64,000 bases of DNA from Nitrospinaceae bacterium (GTDB taxonomy: Bacteria > Nitrospinota > Nitrospinia > Nitrospinales > Nitrospinaceae): positions 3,968,001-4,032,000 of the forward strand of contig OZ245011.1 of the NCBI GenBank assembly GCA_965223665.1, written 5' to 3'. The translations under genes were made by a program, and so were the position numbers. A model generated the notes under the pieces. That model worked only from the letters and a program-made list of their open reading frames with translations, had not been told where the DNA came from and did not search any database. Positions 20,757 to 30,506 of the stretch are shown here, one piece after another. Position 1 is the first letter of the stretch. Every line of letters begins with the position of its first letter.

Positions 20757-21314
20757 ATGGATCCTTTGGTTATATTACTGGGTTCTGTCGCCCTTATGGT
20801 TTTCCTGTGGTTCTTTTTCGCTAAAAAAAACATTCCTGATTTACCCTTACCAGTTACGGGGAATACTCTTTCGGTTTTAAAAACCTTGGGGCCTGAATAT
20901 GAAATATTTCAAAATGTGATTTTAGCCTCTCCCACTGGAATGATGGATATTGATTTTGTGATTGTTTCTCCATATGGAGTTTTTGTAGTAAACGAAAGGT
21001 TGGATTCTGGAAAAATTAGCGTGCAACCGGGTCAACGGGAATGGAGAATAACAGGTTTTGGGAAAAGTGACACAATTAACAATCCTCTTTGGAAAAACCG
21101 TCAAGCAATTAATTTTCTTCAAGAGAAAGTGGGTTCAATTCGAGTCAAATCATTGGTTGTTTTTGTAAATGCTACATTAAAAGGATTGCGCGACCCGGAT
21201 GTAGTGACCCTGAATAATTTAATTCCGAGAATTCAGGAGTTCCACCAGGTGCAGATTGAGGATAATCAAAGGAAAGAAATTTTAAATGTTTTGGGCCGTC
21301 AATATTCCAATTAA
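20757..21314 (+). CDS. NERD (nuclease-related domain) membrane-anchored protein
   Basis: N-terminal TM; DIDFVIVSPYGVFVV, NPLWKN. The usual ExK appears as NER, so it may be degenerate. Confidence 0.8.
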   Translation: MDPLVILLGSVALMVFLWFFFAKKNIPDLPLPVTGNTLSVLKTLGPEYEIFQNVILASPTGMMDIDFVIVSPYGVFVVNERLDSGKISVQPGQREWRITGFGKSDTINNPLWKNRQAINFLQEKVGSIRVKSLVVFVNATLKGLRDPDVVTLNNLIPRIQEFHQVQIEDNQRKEILNVLGRQYSN

Positions 21315-21344
21315 TGGAATTTAATGAATTTGGTTAGGCGGTAT

Positions 21345-21378
21345 TGTGAAGAGGGTTCTCGCCAGAGAACCCTCACAT
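21345..21378. terminator. Hairpin between convergent genes, probable terminator
   Basis: Perfect 10-bp stem gagggttctc-gcca-gagaaccctc (21351-21374). Confidence 0.65.
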
Positions 21379-21395
21379 ATATTAGAAATTATCTT

Positions 21396-21581
21396 TTAAG
21401 CAATAACATCTACATTATTGCCAGGGGCATTTTTGGGTTTTGTTACTGTAGATTCAAGTAATGATTTTACGGCATCACCCTGTTGTTCCTGCGCGTCTAA
21501 AGCTTTTTTTGCTCCTGAAACTGCCAATTCGTTTCCTACCGCTGCAGCTCCAGAATGACTAGCACTTGTACCTTCGACCAT
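21396..21581 (-). CDS. YjfB-like small protein (putative motility protein family)
   Basis: GGAGG RBS before ATG 21581; AKKALDAQEQQGDAVKSLLES...GNNVDVIA pattern. Confidence 0.7.
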   Translation of the reverse strand: MVEGTSASHSGAAAVGNELAVSGAKKALDAQEQQGDAVKSLLESTVTKPKNAPGNNVDVIA

Positions 21582-21851
21582 AGTTCCTCCAGATAAAATT
21601 AGCCTTATCCTTTTATTTAGCGGAAATATTAATGAAAACCTTAGTTTGAACGGCAAGAATTCAAGAATAAAATTGGTTTTTTTCGCTCCTATCTTTGAAA
21701 TGACCGGTTTCTCAAAGGAAAATAAAGTTTATTAGCAGATTTAAAATAATATTGATAAAATTTTACTTTCCCAGGCAGTTGAAGTCTTAATATTTGATAG
21801 AATATCAACCAATTTCGGTTTATTACCTTATTTTGATGTAGAGGGTGGATT

Positions 21852-22415
21852 ATGAAAAGAATTTCCAAGATAGTTGTTTTTTCATTTGTTTTGTTTTTTG
21901 CTTTTTCAATATTAAAAAATGTGGCAGCTGATGAATCACATAAAAATCCCTTTGCGAGTTTAGCACCTAAAAGTTGTGACCTGAATAAGACCACCATTTG
22001 TACCATGGAGGTCTGGCTGGAGCACAGACATAAGAAAAATAAAAAAGCTTTGCGTCAAATATTAAAAGACCGTTCAATTAAAGTCATACGCAATACCTTT
22101 CAATTTTGGAAACCAAAAGGGGGACATCCTCCTACTAATATTGCAATTGGTGCCGGTTTAACAGCTGAGGATGCCAGATGGGTAATCGAGTTTGCTCTGA
22201 AGCATAATGATGAAATCAATGGTCTAATTTTACAGAGACTAAATCCTCCTTTTTATGTTGCTATAGCCACCTCGGCATGGGATGAAAAAAGTGAAACTAA
22301 AATTACCCTGGAGCAGTTAAACCAATTGCGTGACCCTAAGTTGACTACTGAAGAATTTCATAAATTGTACGTGGAACTCACAGGAGAGAAGAATATTGCC
22401 CAAACTTTTTATTAG
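21852..22415 (+). CDS. Exported hypothetical protein
   Basis: 187-aa ORF with signal peptide and GAGGG RBS. Confidence 0.75.
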   Translation: MKRISKIVVFSFVLFFAFSILKNVAADESHKNPFASLAPKSCDLNKTTICTMEVWLEHRHKKNKKALRQILKDRSIKVIRNTFQFWKPKGGHPPTNIAIGAGLTAEDARWVIEFALKHNDEINGLILQRLNPPFYVAIATSAWDEKSETKITLEQLNQLRDPKLTTEEFHKLYVELTGEKNIAQTFY

Positions 22416-22733
22416 TAAAGGTTAAAATCAATAACAGACTAATAAATTGTCTGTTACACTGTTAATCGCGTGATTTGAGAAAGGTTTGACAAAGCCTACC
22501 GCATTTGATAAAAGCGACTGTTTTGCTTTTTCATTTTGATGAAATCCGTGAAGCCTAGCTTACAAACCTGTTTTTCCCAAAAATGTAACCCTAGGAATTA
22601 GTTAGAAGACTTCTGAAAAAGTTTTTCTTTATTGCTTCTTTAAAGAATTTATTTTTATGGTGGCAGTTCAAGATGTTTGAAGTTTTCTAGTAATGATAAA
22701 ATTAATTCCTTTTTCCAAATGTTGGAATGAATT

Positions 22734-23111
22734 ATGTTTGATCTATCCATGTTAAATTGGGCTATTTCAATGGCACCTCCACCAGAAGGTCAGCAACCAG
22801 GTGGCGGCAGTTTTTTATCTATTCTGCCCCCCATCATTATCATGTTTTTGATCTTCTATTTCATTTTGATTCGACCCCAGCAAAAGAAACAAGCTGAAAC
22901 TAGAAAAATGCTGGATGACTTAAAAGAAGGTGATAATGTTGTTACCCTTAGCGGAATCCATGGAACCATAAAAAAATTGAAAGAGGATGTTGTTACGCTA
23001 CAGATTGCTGATAATGTTCGAATAAAAATCAATCGCACCTCGATAGGTGTTACAAAAGAAACTAATACCAACACTAAAGAAAAAGAACCTGAAAAAGGAA
23101 AAAATAAATAA
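22734..23111 (+). CDS. yajC: Preprotein translocase subunit YajC
   Basis: FYFILIRPQQKKQ, LKEGDNVVTLSGIHG; upstream of secDF. Confidence 0.95.
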   Translation: MFDLSMLNWAISMAPPPEGQQPGGGSFLSILPPIIIMFLIFYFILIRPQQKKQAETRKMLDDLKEGDNVVTLSGIHGTIKKLKEDVVTLQIADNVRIKINRTSIGVTKETNTNTKEKEPEKGKNK

Positions 23112-23150
23112 TTTCAACATTTGTTTATTAATTAAGTTTAAATTGAATTT

Positions 23151-24707
23151 ATGTTTAAAGATCTTCGTTGGAAAATCCCACTCATTTTAATTGTTGTTCT
23201 AGGAGCAGCCTTTCTTGCTTATCCCCTTAAGGAAAAGATAAATTTAGGTCTGGACTTGCAGGGTGGAATGCATCTTGTTTTAGAGGTGCAAACTGAAAAA
23301 GCTGTAGAATCTGCAATGGAACAAAGGGCAGATGACATTAAACATGCATTGGAAGATGAGGATATTGAAGTAGATCGAGTAAAAGCTGATTTGGAAGAAA
23401 ATACTGTCCACGTAATATTGGTTGATAAAATTGATGTTCCGGGCTCAGAGACTATTTTAAAGAACTACCCTTCCTTAGAAAAAACAAGAACCGGTCGTGA
23501 TGGTTTAGAACTGGTTTACCAATTGCGAGATGATGAAAAACGCTTTATAGAAGAGAATGCTGTTCAGCAGGGCTTAGAAACCATTCGAAATCGCGTGGAC
23601 CAGTTCGGGGTTGCAGAACCCTCCATCCAAGTCCAAGGGGATCGACGGATTCTTGTCCAATTGCCTGGGATCAAAGATGCAAAACGGGCTATTGATTTAA
23701 TTGGTAAAACAGCACGATTAGAATTCAAATTAATTAACGAAACGTTGAGTCCCCAGGAAGCTCTTAAGGGATCGATGCCAGAAGATAGTGAGGTTCTTTA
23801 TCAAAAGAAGATTGATGATAAAACAGGAAAAGTTACTGGTAAGGATCCTTATTTGGTTAAAAAAAGGACTTTAGTAACAGGAGATATGCTGACTTCCGCA
23901 GACGTTCGATTTGATAATCAATTTAATGAACCTTATGTAGCGTTAAGTTTTAACAGCGTGGGTGCCCAAACATTTTTTGATGTAACTCGTAAAAATCTTA
24001 ATAAACGATTGGCAATTGTATTAGATGATAACGTGTATTCTGCGCCTGTAATTCGTGAAGAAATTCCCGGTGGTAATGCCCAAATCACCGGCCAATTCAG
24101 TTTAAATGAAGCAAAAGATCTTGCTATCGCCTTGCGCGCAGGAGCCTTGCCAGCACCGGTAAAAATACTTGAGAATAGAACGGTGGGTCCTTCTTTGGGA
24201 AGGGATTCGGTTGAAGCTGGAGTCAAATCGATTATTTTAGGATTTGTATTGGTATTGATATTCATTGCAATCTATTACAAGTTATCGGGTTTGGTAGCTG
24301 TTGGTGCTCTTTTTCTTAATTTAGTTTTGTTGCTTGGAGCTTTGGCTTATTTCGGAGCTTCTTTAACTCTTCCTGGAATTGCAGGCATTCTTCTCACGGT
24401 GGGAATGGCTATTGATGCAAATGTGTTGGTTTTTGAGCGAATTCGTGAAGAAATAAAAATAGGAAAGACCGTAAGAGCTGCTATTGATGCGGGATTTAGT
24501 AAGGCTTTTAGAACAATTGTTGATGCGAATGTAACCACTTTTATCGCAGCTATTGTATTGTTTCAATTTGGGACAGGACCCATTAAAGGGTTTGCTATAA
24601 CCCTTTGTATTGGTATCGCGGCCAGTATGTTCACCGCAGTTTTTGTAAGTCGTACCACTTTTGATTCCTTGATGAGTCGTAAAAAAATTGAACGCCTAAG
24701 TATCTAA
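23151..24707 (+). CDS. secD: Protein translocase subunit SecD
   Basis: LGLDLQGG, RNRVDQFGVAEP, LRAGALP, GMAIDANVLVFERIREE. Confidence 0.97.
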   Translation: MFKDLRWKIPLILIVVLGAAFLAYPLKEKINLGLDLQGGMHLVLEVQTEKAVESAMEQRADDIKHALEDEDIEVDRVKADLEENTVHVILVDKIDVPGSETILKNYPSLEKTRTGRDGLELVYQLRDDEKRFIEENAVQQGLETIRNRVDQFGVAEPSIQVQGDRRILVQLPGIKDAKRAIDLIGKTARLEFKLINETLSPQEALKGSMPEDSEVLYQKKIDDKTGKVTGKDPYLVKKRTLVTGDMLTSADVRFDNQFNEPYVALSFNSVGAQTFFDVTRKNLNKRLAIVLDDNVYSAPVIREEIPGGNAQITGQFSLNEAKDLAIALRAGALPAPVKILENRTVGPSLGRDSVEAGVKSIILGFVLVLIFIAIYYKLSGLVAVGALFLNLVLLLGALAYFGASLTLPGIAGILLTVGMAIDANVLVFERIREEIKIGKTVRAAIDAGFSKAFRTIVDANVTTFIAAIVLFQFGTGPIKGFAITLCIGIAASMFTAVFVSRTTFDSLMSRKKIERLSI

Positions 24708-24733
24708 AGATCCTTTTAAATATAAAAAAATTA

Positions 24734-25639
24734 ATGGAAATCTTTAAAACACAAACCCATTTTGATTTTATGGGCAAATTTAAACTGGCCATGTTATTTT
24801 CTGGTCTTTTGATTGTTGCCAGTTTAGTTTCAATTGCTGTCCATGGAGGATTAAGATTTGGAATCGATTTTACGGGAGGGACCCTGGTACAGCTTAAGTT
24901 TCAAAACCCACCCTCTCTGGATACTATTCGGTCTGGATTAAAAGATATAGGTTTGTCTGACAGTGCAATTCAAGAATTCGGATCCAAAAACGATATTCTT
25001 ATTCGTGTGGAGCGCCCGGATGAAAGCCTTGAAGAAATGGGTTCAAAAATTAAGGAAGCCTTAAAAACGAAGATTGGGGGCGGAGAAATTACAGTTGAGC
25101 GAGTGGAAATGGTTGGTCCCAAGGTAGGGGCAGACCTTCGTGAAAAAGCTTTTTTATCTATAATTTATGCAATAATCGGCATAATTATTTATATTTCCTG
25201 GCGGTTTGAATTCCAATATGCCATTGCTGCCATCATTGCTCTCATTCATGATGTAGCTATAACCATGGGTGCCTTTTCGGTTATGAACAAAGAATTTACC
25301 CTGGTAATTGTGGCCGCCTTTTTGACCATTATAGGTTATTCATTGAATGATACTATTGTTGTCTTTGATCGTATTCGTGAAAATTTAAGAAGGCGAGGAA
25401 AAGATTCTTTAGCAACTGTTATTAACACTAGCATCAATCAAACACTTAGCCGAACCCTCCTTACTTCCGGAACTACTTTATTAGTAGTTATTGCCCTGTT
25501 TTTCCTAGGGGGCGAAATTATCCATGACTTCTCTTTTGCTTTATTAATAGGAGTGATTGTGGGTACTTACTCTTCCATTTTTATTGCCAGCGTGTTCTTG
25601 GTCCTTTGGGAAGGTCGAAAAAAAAATAAAAGAGCTTAA
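24734..25639 (+). CDS. secF: Protein translocase subunit SecF
   Basis: GIDFTGG, VGPKVG, HDV, GYSLNDTIVVFDRIRE, GTYSSIFIA. Confidence 0.97.
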   Translation: MEIFKTQTHFDFMGKFKLAMLFSGLLIVASLVSIAVHGGLRFGIDFTGGTLVQLKFQNPPSLDTIRSGLKDIGLSDSAIQEFGSKNDILIRVERPDESLEEMGSKIKEALKTKIGGGEITVERVEMVGPKVGADLREKAFLSIIYAIIGIIIYISWRFEFQYAIAAIIALIHDVAITMGAFSVMNKEFTLVIVAAFLTIIGYSLNDTIVVFDRIRENLRRRGKDSLATVINTSINQTLSRTLLTSGTTLLVVIALFFLGGEIIHDFSFALLIGVIVGTYSSIFIASVFLVLWEGRKKNKRA

Positions 25640-27504
25640 CTTTGATTTTGATTAAGTGGCGTAAGTTTCTGAACGGGTTTAGACCAAGTTATATACCGCC
25701 AAGCTGTCTTAAAGCAAAACTTTGCGAAGGCCCACGAAATCCTTGTCATGGTGGGAAAGCAATGAAAAAATCCTTTAATCAGTTTAATTTTTGGAGCGTG
25801 TCTCATTAGATCGAACATGGCGCCATTAAATACGTCCGTGATTTCAATGGCTTTATGAAAAGTATCAAAATCATCTAATGTCATTGTGATCATACGTATT
25901 TCCGGGGATGAATCTTTATGGACATCGAGATAAATTTGATCCTTTTGCATTCGAAAATGAAATACTACCGATTGTTCACCATCTAATAGAATTCTCAAAG
26001 AAAACTTTCTGATAAATAACATGGAAAACTTAAAGCGTGATTTCATTTTTCTGGATTTTTGGTATTTATTAAAACCCGCTTTATAAAAGTCCCACATGAA
26101 ACTATTGCGCGATTGTTTGTCATCTCGACGTTGGATATCGTATAAAAAAAGCATAATGACGGATATATACATGAAATGAAAAACCATGGCAGGAACAGAT
26201 TTTTGTTTGTTGAAAATAAAAGGAATTCCATGAGTAGCTCCATAGCAATAAGAGAGGAGATTTCTTAATTCGGAGCGTTCCATGTTTTCAAGATGTACAA
26301 CTGTACCGAAATTGTTATAACAATCCCAGTCAAATGAATCGATTAGCTTTTTCTCTTCATATTCCCGGTAAATTTGAGTGCCTGGGTAGGGTGTCATTAC
26401 AAAATAAAGTGCACGATGACCCAGTCCCATCTGTTTAGCAAATTCCGGGTATTTTAAAATATCCTCTTTTGTTTCATGTGGATGGCCAATGATAAGAAAC
26501 CCTTCGCATTTGATCCCGGCTTTTTGAACAATTTCAATAGCAGCCTCATGTTTTTGAATGGATCCACCTTTGCGAAGTCTTTTAAATGTTTCCTTATCAG
26601 GGCTTTCTACACCTACTTGAATTTTGTCAAATCCAATTCGCTTTAATTCTTTCATTAAATGCTTACAGCGAATTACATCGTCAGAACGGGATTCAGTGAT
26701 GATTTTGAAGTTGGTCAGATCATTTTTGAACATCAATTCAACTATTCTTTCCACTCTGTTGGCATCAAACAAGAAAATGGAATCCCAAAATTTGATCGTT
26801 TTTTTAAGATGTTTATTATGGATAAGCTTTAATTCTTCAATGAAATGCTCAGGGCTACGAGCCCTGAACTGTTGGTTCATAGTATCATTGGCGCAAAAAG
26901 TACACTTTGCAATACACCCTCGAGAGCTATAAAGTGTATCGATTGTATAATCGTCCCCATTTTCCCCAAAACGGAGAGGGCGAATACTCCTTAATGGCTG
27001 AGGGAGGCTGTCCATTTCTTGAATAAGGGGTCTATCAATATTATGAATCGGTTCATCCTTTTCTTTAAATGACAAACCTAATACATCTTTGCTGGGACCA
27101 TTGTTCACTAAATCTTTTAAGGTCCAATCCCCCTCACCTCGAATTACTGCATCTACGTTTGGATCTGCAAGAACATCATCCGTTAACGCAGTCGGGTGGT
27201 ATCCACCCATAACTACATAAGCTCCAGCTTCTCGGGCAATTCGGGCATACTGACGTGCATGGTTGTAGCCTCCAGTCATTGTGGATATTCCCACAAAATC
27301 AAATTTGTGATCCTTTAAACTTTTTTCAAATACTTGATAAGGGTTGGTATCGAATGGTGAAACGGGAATAGTTACATACTCGACATCATTTTCGATAACT
27401 GCTCCCAAATAGCAAATTTCCACTAAATCCGAGCAATAGACGTCAATGGGAGGTTCCCAATTTTGTTGGGCCTTTAACAGGGCGATTCGTTTAAAGTAAC
27501 TCAT
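25636..27504 (-). CDS. B12-binding domain radical SAM protein with C-terminal extension
   Basis: VGISTMT, MGGYHPT, IRGEG, SSRGCIAKCTFC, GVES, TPYPGT. Confidence 0.88.
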   Translation of the reverse strand: MSYFKRIALLKAQQNWEPPIDVYCSDLVEICYLGAVIENDVEYVTIPVSPFDTNPYQVFEKSLKDHKFDFVGISTMTGGYNHARQYARIAREAGAYVVMGGYHPTALTDDVLADPNVDAVIRGEGDWTLKDLVNNGPSKDVLGLSFKEKDEPIHNIDRPLIQEMDSLPQPLRSIRPLRFGENGDDYTIDTLYSSRGCIAKCTFCANDTMNQQFRARSPEHFIEELKLIHNKHLKKTIKFWDSIFLFDANRVERIVELMFKNDLTNFKIITESRSDDVIRCKHLMKELKRIGFDKIQVGVESPDKETFKRLRKGGSIQKHEAAIEIVQKAGIKCEGFLIIGHPHETKEDILKYPEFAKQMGLGHRALYFVMTPYPGTQIYREYEEKKLIDSFDWDCYNNFGTVVHLENMERSELRNLLSYCYGATHGIPFIFNKQKSVPAMVFHFMYISVIMLFLYDIQRRDDKQSRNSFMWDFYKAGFNKYQKSRKMKSRFKFSMLFIRKFSLRILLDGEQSVVFHFRMQKDQIYLDVHKDSSPEIRMITMTLDDFDTFHKAIEITDVFNGAMFDLMRHAPKIKLIKGFFHCFPTMTRISWAFAKFCFKTAWRYITWSKPVQKLTPLNQNQS

Positions 27505-27862
27505 AATTATCTCTATGAAAGTAGGAGGGAACCCTAGGAAAACAACCTAGGGAAAAATAAATGACCTTTAAATTTATAGCACAAAATATTTTTTGTGTTT
27601 CTTATTATTATTTTTGTATAGTCTTTTTTGAGAAGTTTTTTCAATAGCTTTGAATATTACTTGGAGTGACTTAAGCATTGATACTGGTTATCATCATAGT
27701 GCCCAAATGGGGTAAAGAAATATCGTGGTTTGATAAGTCATCATTTTTAAAGCAATTAGGCTTTTATGTCTTAAGAATAAAATTGCAAAGACTAATTCGC
27801 CGTGATAAATTCATTCAGGCTTGTTGATATTCGTGACTTAATTTAGGAGCACTATTTAATTT

Positions 27863-28609
27863 ATGAACGTCCAATTACAACGACTAGTTAATCTTCAGGA
27901 ATTGGATATAGAAATTTCCGATCAAAATAAAATTCTGGGAATGATTCCAAAGCAGATTTCCAAGGGAGAATCAGAATTAGAAGAGAAGAAAGGTAAATTA
28001 AACTCGGTTTTGGAAGTTATTGAATCTTTGAAAAAGAATAGATCTCAATTAGAACAAGATGTTGTTGCAGAAAATGACCATATGGCTAAGACTAAAGCCA
28101 AACTCCCAAATATTAAGACCAATAAAGAATACAGCGCCCTTTTATCAGAAGTAGATGCCATTAAGGAAAAAATCAGCGGGATAGAAGAGCGAGAATTAGA
28201 GATAATGGAGGAGCTTGAGGAAAAAGAAAAGGAAATTCCGGGGTTAAAATCAGAATTTGAAGGATACGAAAAAGATTTTCTCATTTATAAAAAGCAAAAA
28301 GAGGAAGAACAAACTCGAGTTCAAAAAGAGTTAGATGAAATGAATAAGAATCGGGACGAATTAATCCAATCTATTGACCCTCCCTTGGTTCGCCATTATG
28401 TAAATGTCATAAAATTGAGAGGAGACCGTGCCGTTGTACTCCTTGAAGGTGAAATTTGCCAAGGTTGTTTTCACCAAATTCGTCCACAGTTAGCAATTGA
28501 GATAAAAAAGGGTGAAGACCTGAATCACTGCCAATATTGTGATCGTTACTTATACTGGGTCCCAAAAACGGAAACTGAGGAACAAACTCAAACTACAGTT
28601 TCGAAGTAG
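27863..28609 (+). CDS. Coiled-coil C4 zinc-ribbon protein (DUF164 / CT398 / HP0958 family)
   Basis: LQELD, KTNKEYSAL, long coiled coil, CQGC...CQYC. Confidence 0.9.
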   Translation: MNVQLQRLVNLQELDIEISDQNKILGMIPKQISKGESELEEKKGKLNSVLEVIESLKKNRSQLEQDVVAENDHMAKTKAKLPNIKTNKEYSALLSEVDAIKEKISGIEERELEIMEELEEKEKEIPGLKSEFEGYEKDFLIYKKQKEEEQTRVQKELDEMNKNRDELIQSIDPPLVRHYVNVIKLRGDRAVVLLEGEICQGCFHQIRPQLAIEIKKGEDLNHCQYCDRYLYWVPKTETEEQTQTTVSK

Positions 28610-28976
28610 ACCAGGCAGTCGCTTTTCTAATCCTTGAGATTAGAACAGAGGAAAGTCCGGGCTCCACAGGGCAGGATACTCTGTAACGCAGAGTGGGGGT
28701 GACCCTAAGGAAAGTGCCGCAGAAAATACACAGCCTACCCGAATGTTTTATTCGGCGGTAAAGGTGAAAAGGTGAGGTAAGAGCTCACCAGTATCGTTGG
28801 TGACAACGGTAGCTTGGTAAACCCTATCCGGAGCAAGATCGAATAGGAAGGCGTTTAAGGGCGGCCCGTCCAATGCTTTCGGGTTGATTGCTTGAGCCTG
28901 TCGGTAACGGCAGGCCTAGATTGATGACTGCCACCTTTGAAAGAAGGAACAGGACCCGGCTTATGGTCTACTTCGA
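28601..28976 (+). ncRNA. rnpB: RNase P RNA, bacterial type A
   Basis: P1 pairing tcgaagtagacc / ggtctacttcga; GAGGAAAGTCCGGGCTCC, GGAAAGTGCC, GGTAAGAGC, GGTAAACCC..GAGCAAG, ACCCGGCTTAT. Confidence 0.97.
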
Positions 28977-28990
28977 TCAAATTATCACGC

Positions 28991-29019
28991 TTTACATCTT
29001 AGAGAACGAATAATAAAAT
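28991..29019 (+). promoter_or_regulatory. Putative sigma70 promoter of the leader peptide operon
   Basis: TTTACA-17 nt-TAAAAT, 21 nt upstream of ATG 29041. Confidence 0.55.
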
Positions 29020-29040
29020 AATTCTATTAGGGGATTTTTT

Positions 29041-29313
29041 ATGATTCGAATGGCTCAAAGAAAAAAATGGATATTGGCGATAGTATTGGCATTGTCAGTA
29101 TTTCTCATGCCTGTCACCCATAGTTTGGCAATGCAATCCAATATGGAAATGGAAAATTGTTCTCCTATTACAAAGTGCGCATCTTGTTCCGTTTCTATTT
29201 CATCTTTTGACCAAATAGGCGATAGCCTTATGCTATCCTTGGATTATATTATTCATCCCTATATCAGTTCTACATTTGTAATTTCAGAACCGCTATACCA
29301 CCCTCCCAAATAA
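29041..29313 (+). CDS. Secreted Cys/Met-rich small protein ending HPPK; CutF/CruR(DUF2946)-like leader peptide candidate
   Basis: Signal peptide (SLA/M), MQSNMEME, CX5CX2C, C-terminal EPLYHPPK; AGGGG RBS. Confidence 0.7.
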   Translation: MIRMAQRKKWILAIVLALSVFLMPVTHSLAMQSNMEMENCSPITKCASCSVSISSFDQIGDSLMLSLDYIIHPYISSTFVISEPLYHPPK

Positions 29314-29423
29314 CTCCTTTTTTTATTATTAATTAACTAATTACAATTTTCCGGTTATTTCGAGTAGCTATTACTCAAAATATATTGGAAAGATGCGTCT
29401 TCGTGAAGAAAAGGAGAAAATTC
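29314..29423 (+). promoter_or_regulatory. Structured intergenic leader with anti-SD able to sequester the downstream RBS
   Basis: ctccttttttt (29314-29324) pairs with aagaaaaggag (29406-29416), 11 bp with one G-U; internal hairpin gagta-gctat-tactc. Confidence 0.6.
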
Positions 29424-30506
29424 ATGAAAATGGACAGATTCGTAAATGGCAGGGTCGTTCCCTACTTGGTATTTCTAGTATTTTTTTTAACAGGTTGTAA
29501 ATTAGAACAGCGTAGCGAGATCTTTCATTTAAGGGGATCTTATAACTATCAATTTTACAAACATCATCCCAAAGATTATACGCTTACCACCGTCGCTCAT
29601 TGGGCTCATGGAAAAATCAGCGATATTTTATTAGAAGCCCCCCCAGACACGATAAAAGCGGACGAAGATTTTTTCAATAAAAGTATATGGTTTTTAAAGC
29701 ATCCATCCAGAGTGGAACCCCACCAAGACTATGTTGCCCCGGTGTTTGCCCGAATGGCCTGGAAGGCCATTCGCGTGGTAGATTGGACCCACCAATTACA
29801 CGAGCAGCTTTACGATATTATGACTGATCCTCGAATTCCCCCAGAGGACAAGAAAAAATGGATCGATCGGTCCGTACAATATTATCTAAGTGAACCTTCC
29901 ATAGCATTTAGTCCAGCTCCTTTTGAAGAAGTCATAATGGATCGAGTTAAATTGATGAGCCAACCTTGGTTCAAAGCATTTCGGACGAAATACCCACGTA
30001 CTACAGAGTTATTTTGGGCCTTCCATTGGTGGCATCCTGCAGTTTATGAAGCACAAATTCTGAATCAAAATTTGAACGATCAAAAACGAGCTATTAAGGC
30101 AATTGACAAACTTTTCCTAAAGGATCCGATAATTAGACCACCCCAGCGTATGCTTTTATCGCGTGAGGTGATGCCTAGATTTAGCCAGCTTACCCCTGAG
30201 GCAGCAAATATTTTTGATAATTTGCATATGTTTCACGGCATAGTTTATGACATTTTAGCTTCCTCCTTGGTCAAAGATAAAAAAAAAGAAATATACAGGA
30301 TGATTGAATTAATGACGGTTCGCCCAGGCGATGGAAAACTTGCAGCTAACTTTTCCACTCCTCATCCTGATATGGACCCACTTCAATATTATGATTGGCT
30401 TCAAGATTCTGGAGGAGAGATGGCTCGAATCATGGGTCATTCCCATAAACAGCATAAACCTTTACATATGAAAACCCAAAAGCATATGAAGGAGGTGCAG
30501 CCATGA
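29424..30506 (+). CDS. Uncharacterised His-rich lipoprotein with internal duplication, putative metal-binding protein
   Basis: AAGGAG RBS; lipobox FLTGC; HWAH...DWTHQLHEQLYDI and HWWH...DNLHMFHGIVYDI; His/Met-rich tail. Confidence 0.78.
   Translation: MKMDRFVNGRVVPYLVFLVFFLTGCKLEQRSEIFHLRGSYNYQFYKHHPKDYTLTTVAHWAHGKISDILLEAPPDTIKADEDFFNKSIWFLKHPSRVEPHQDYVAPVFARMAWKAIRVVDWTHQLHEQLYDIMTDPRIPPEDKKKWIDRSVQYYLSEPSIAFSPAPFEEVIMDRVKLMSQPWFKAFRTKYPRTTELFWAFHWWHPAVYEAQILNQNLNDQKRAIKAIDKLFLKDPIIRPPQRMLLSREVMPRFSQLTPEAANIFDNLHMFHGIVYDILASSLVKDKKKEIYRMIELMTVRPGDGKLAANFSTPHPDMDPLQYYDWLQDSGGEMARIMGHSHKQHKPLHMKTQKHMKEVQP

Noticed and set aside
20757-21314. Anti-phage defence system around the NERD gene
   Set aside because: A single membrane-anchored NERD with a degenerate catalytic motif; no helicase, ATPase or methylase partners adjacent.
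27505-27862. Cobalamin or other riboswitch upstream of the B12 radical SAM genes (also 35242-35617)
   Set aside because: No B12-box or other recognisable aptamer core; only short hairpins.
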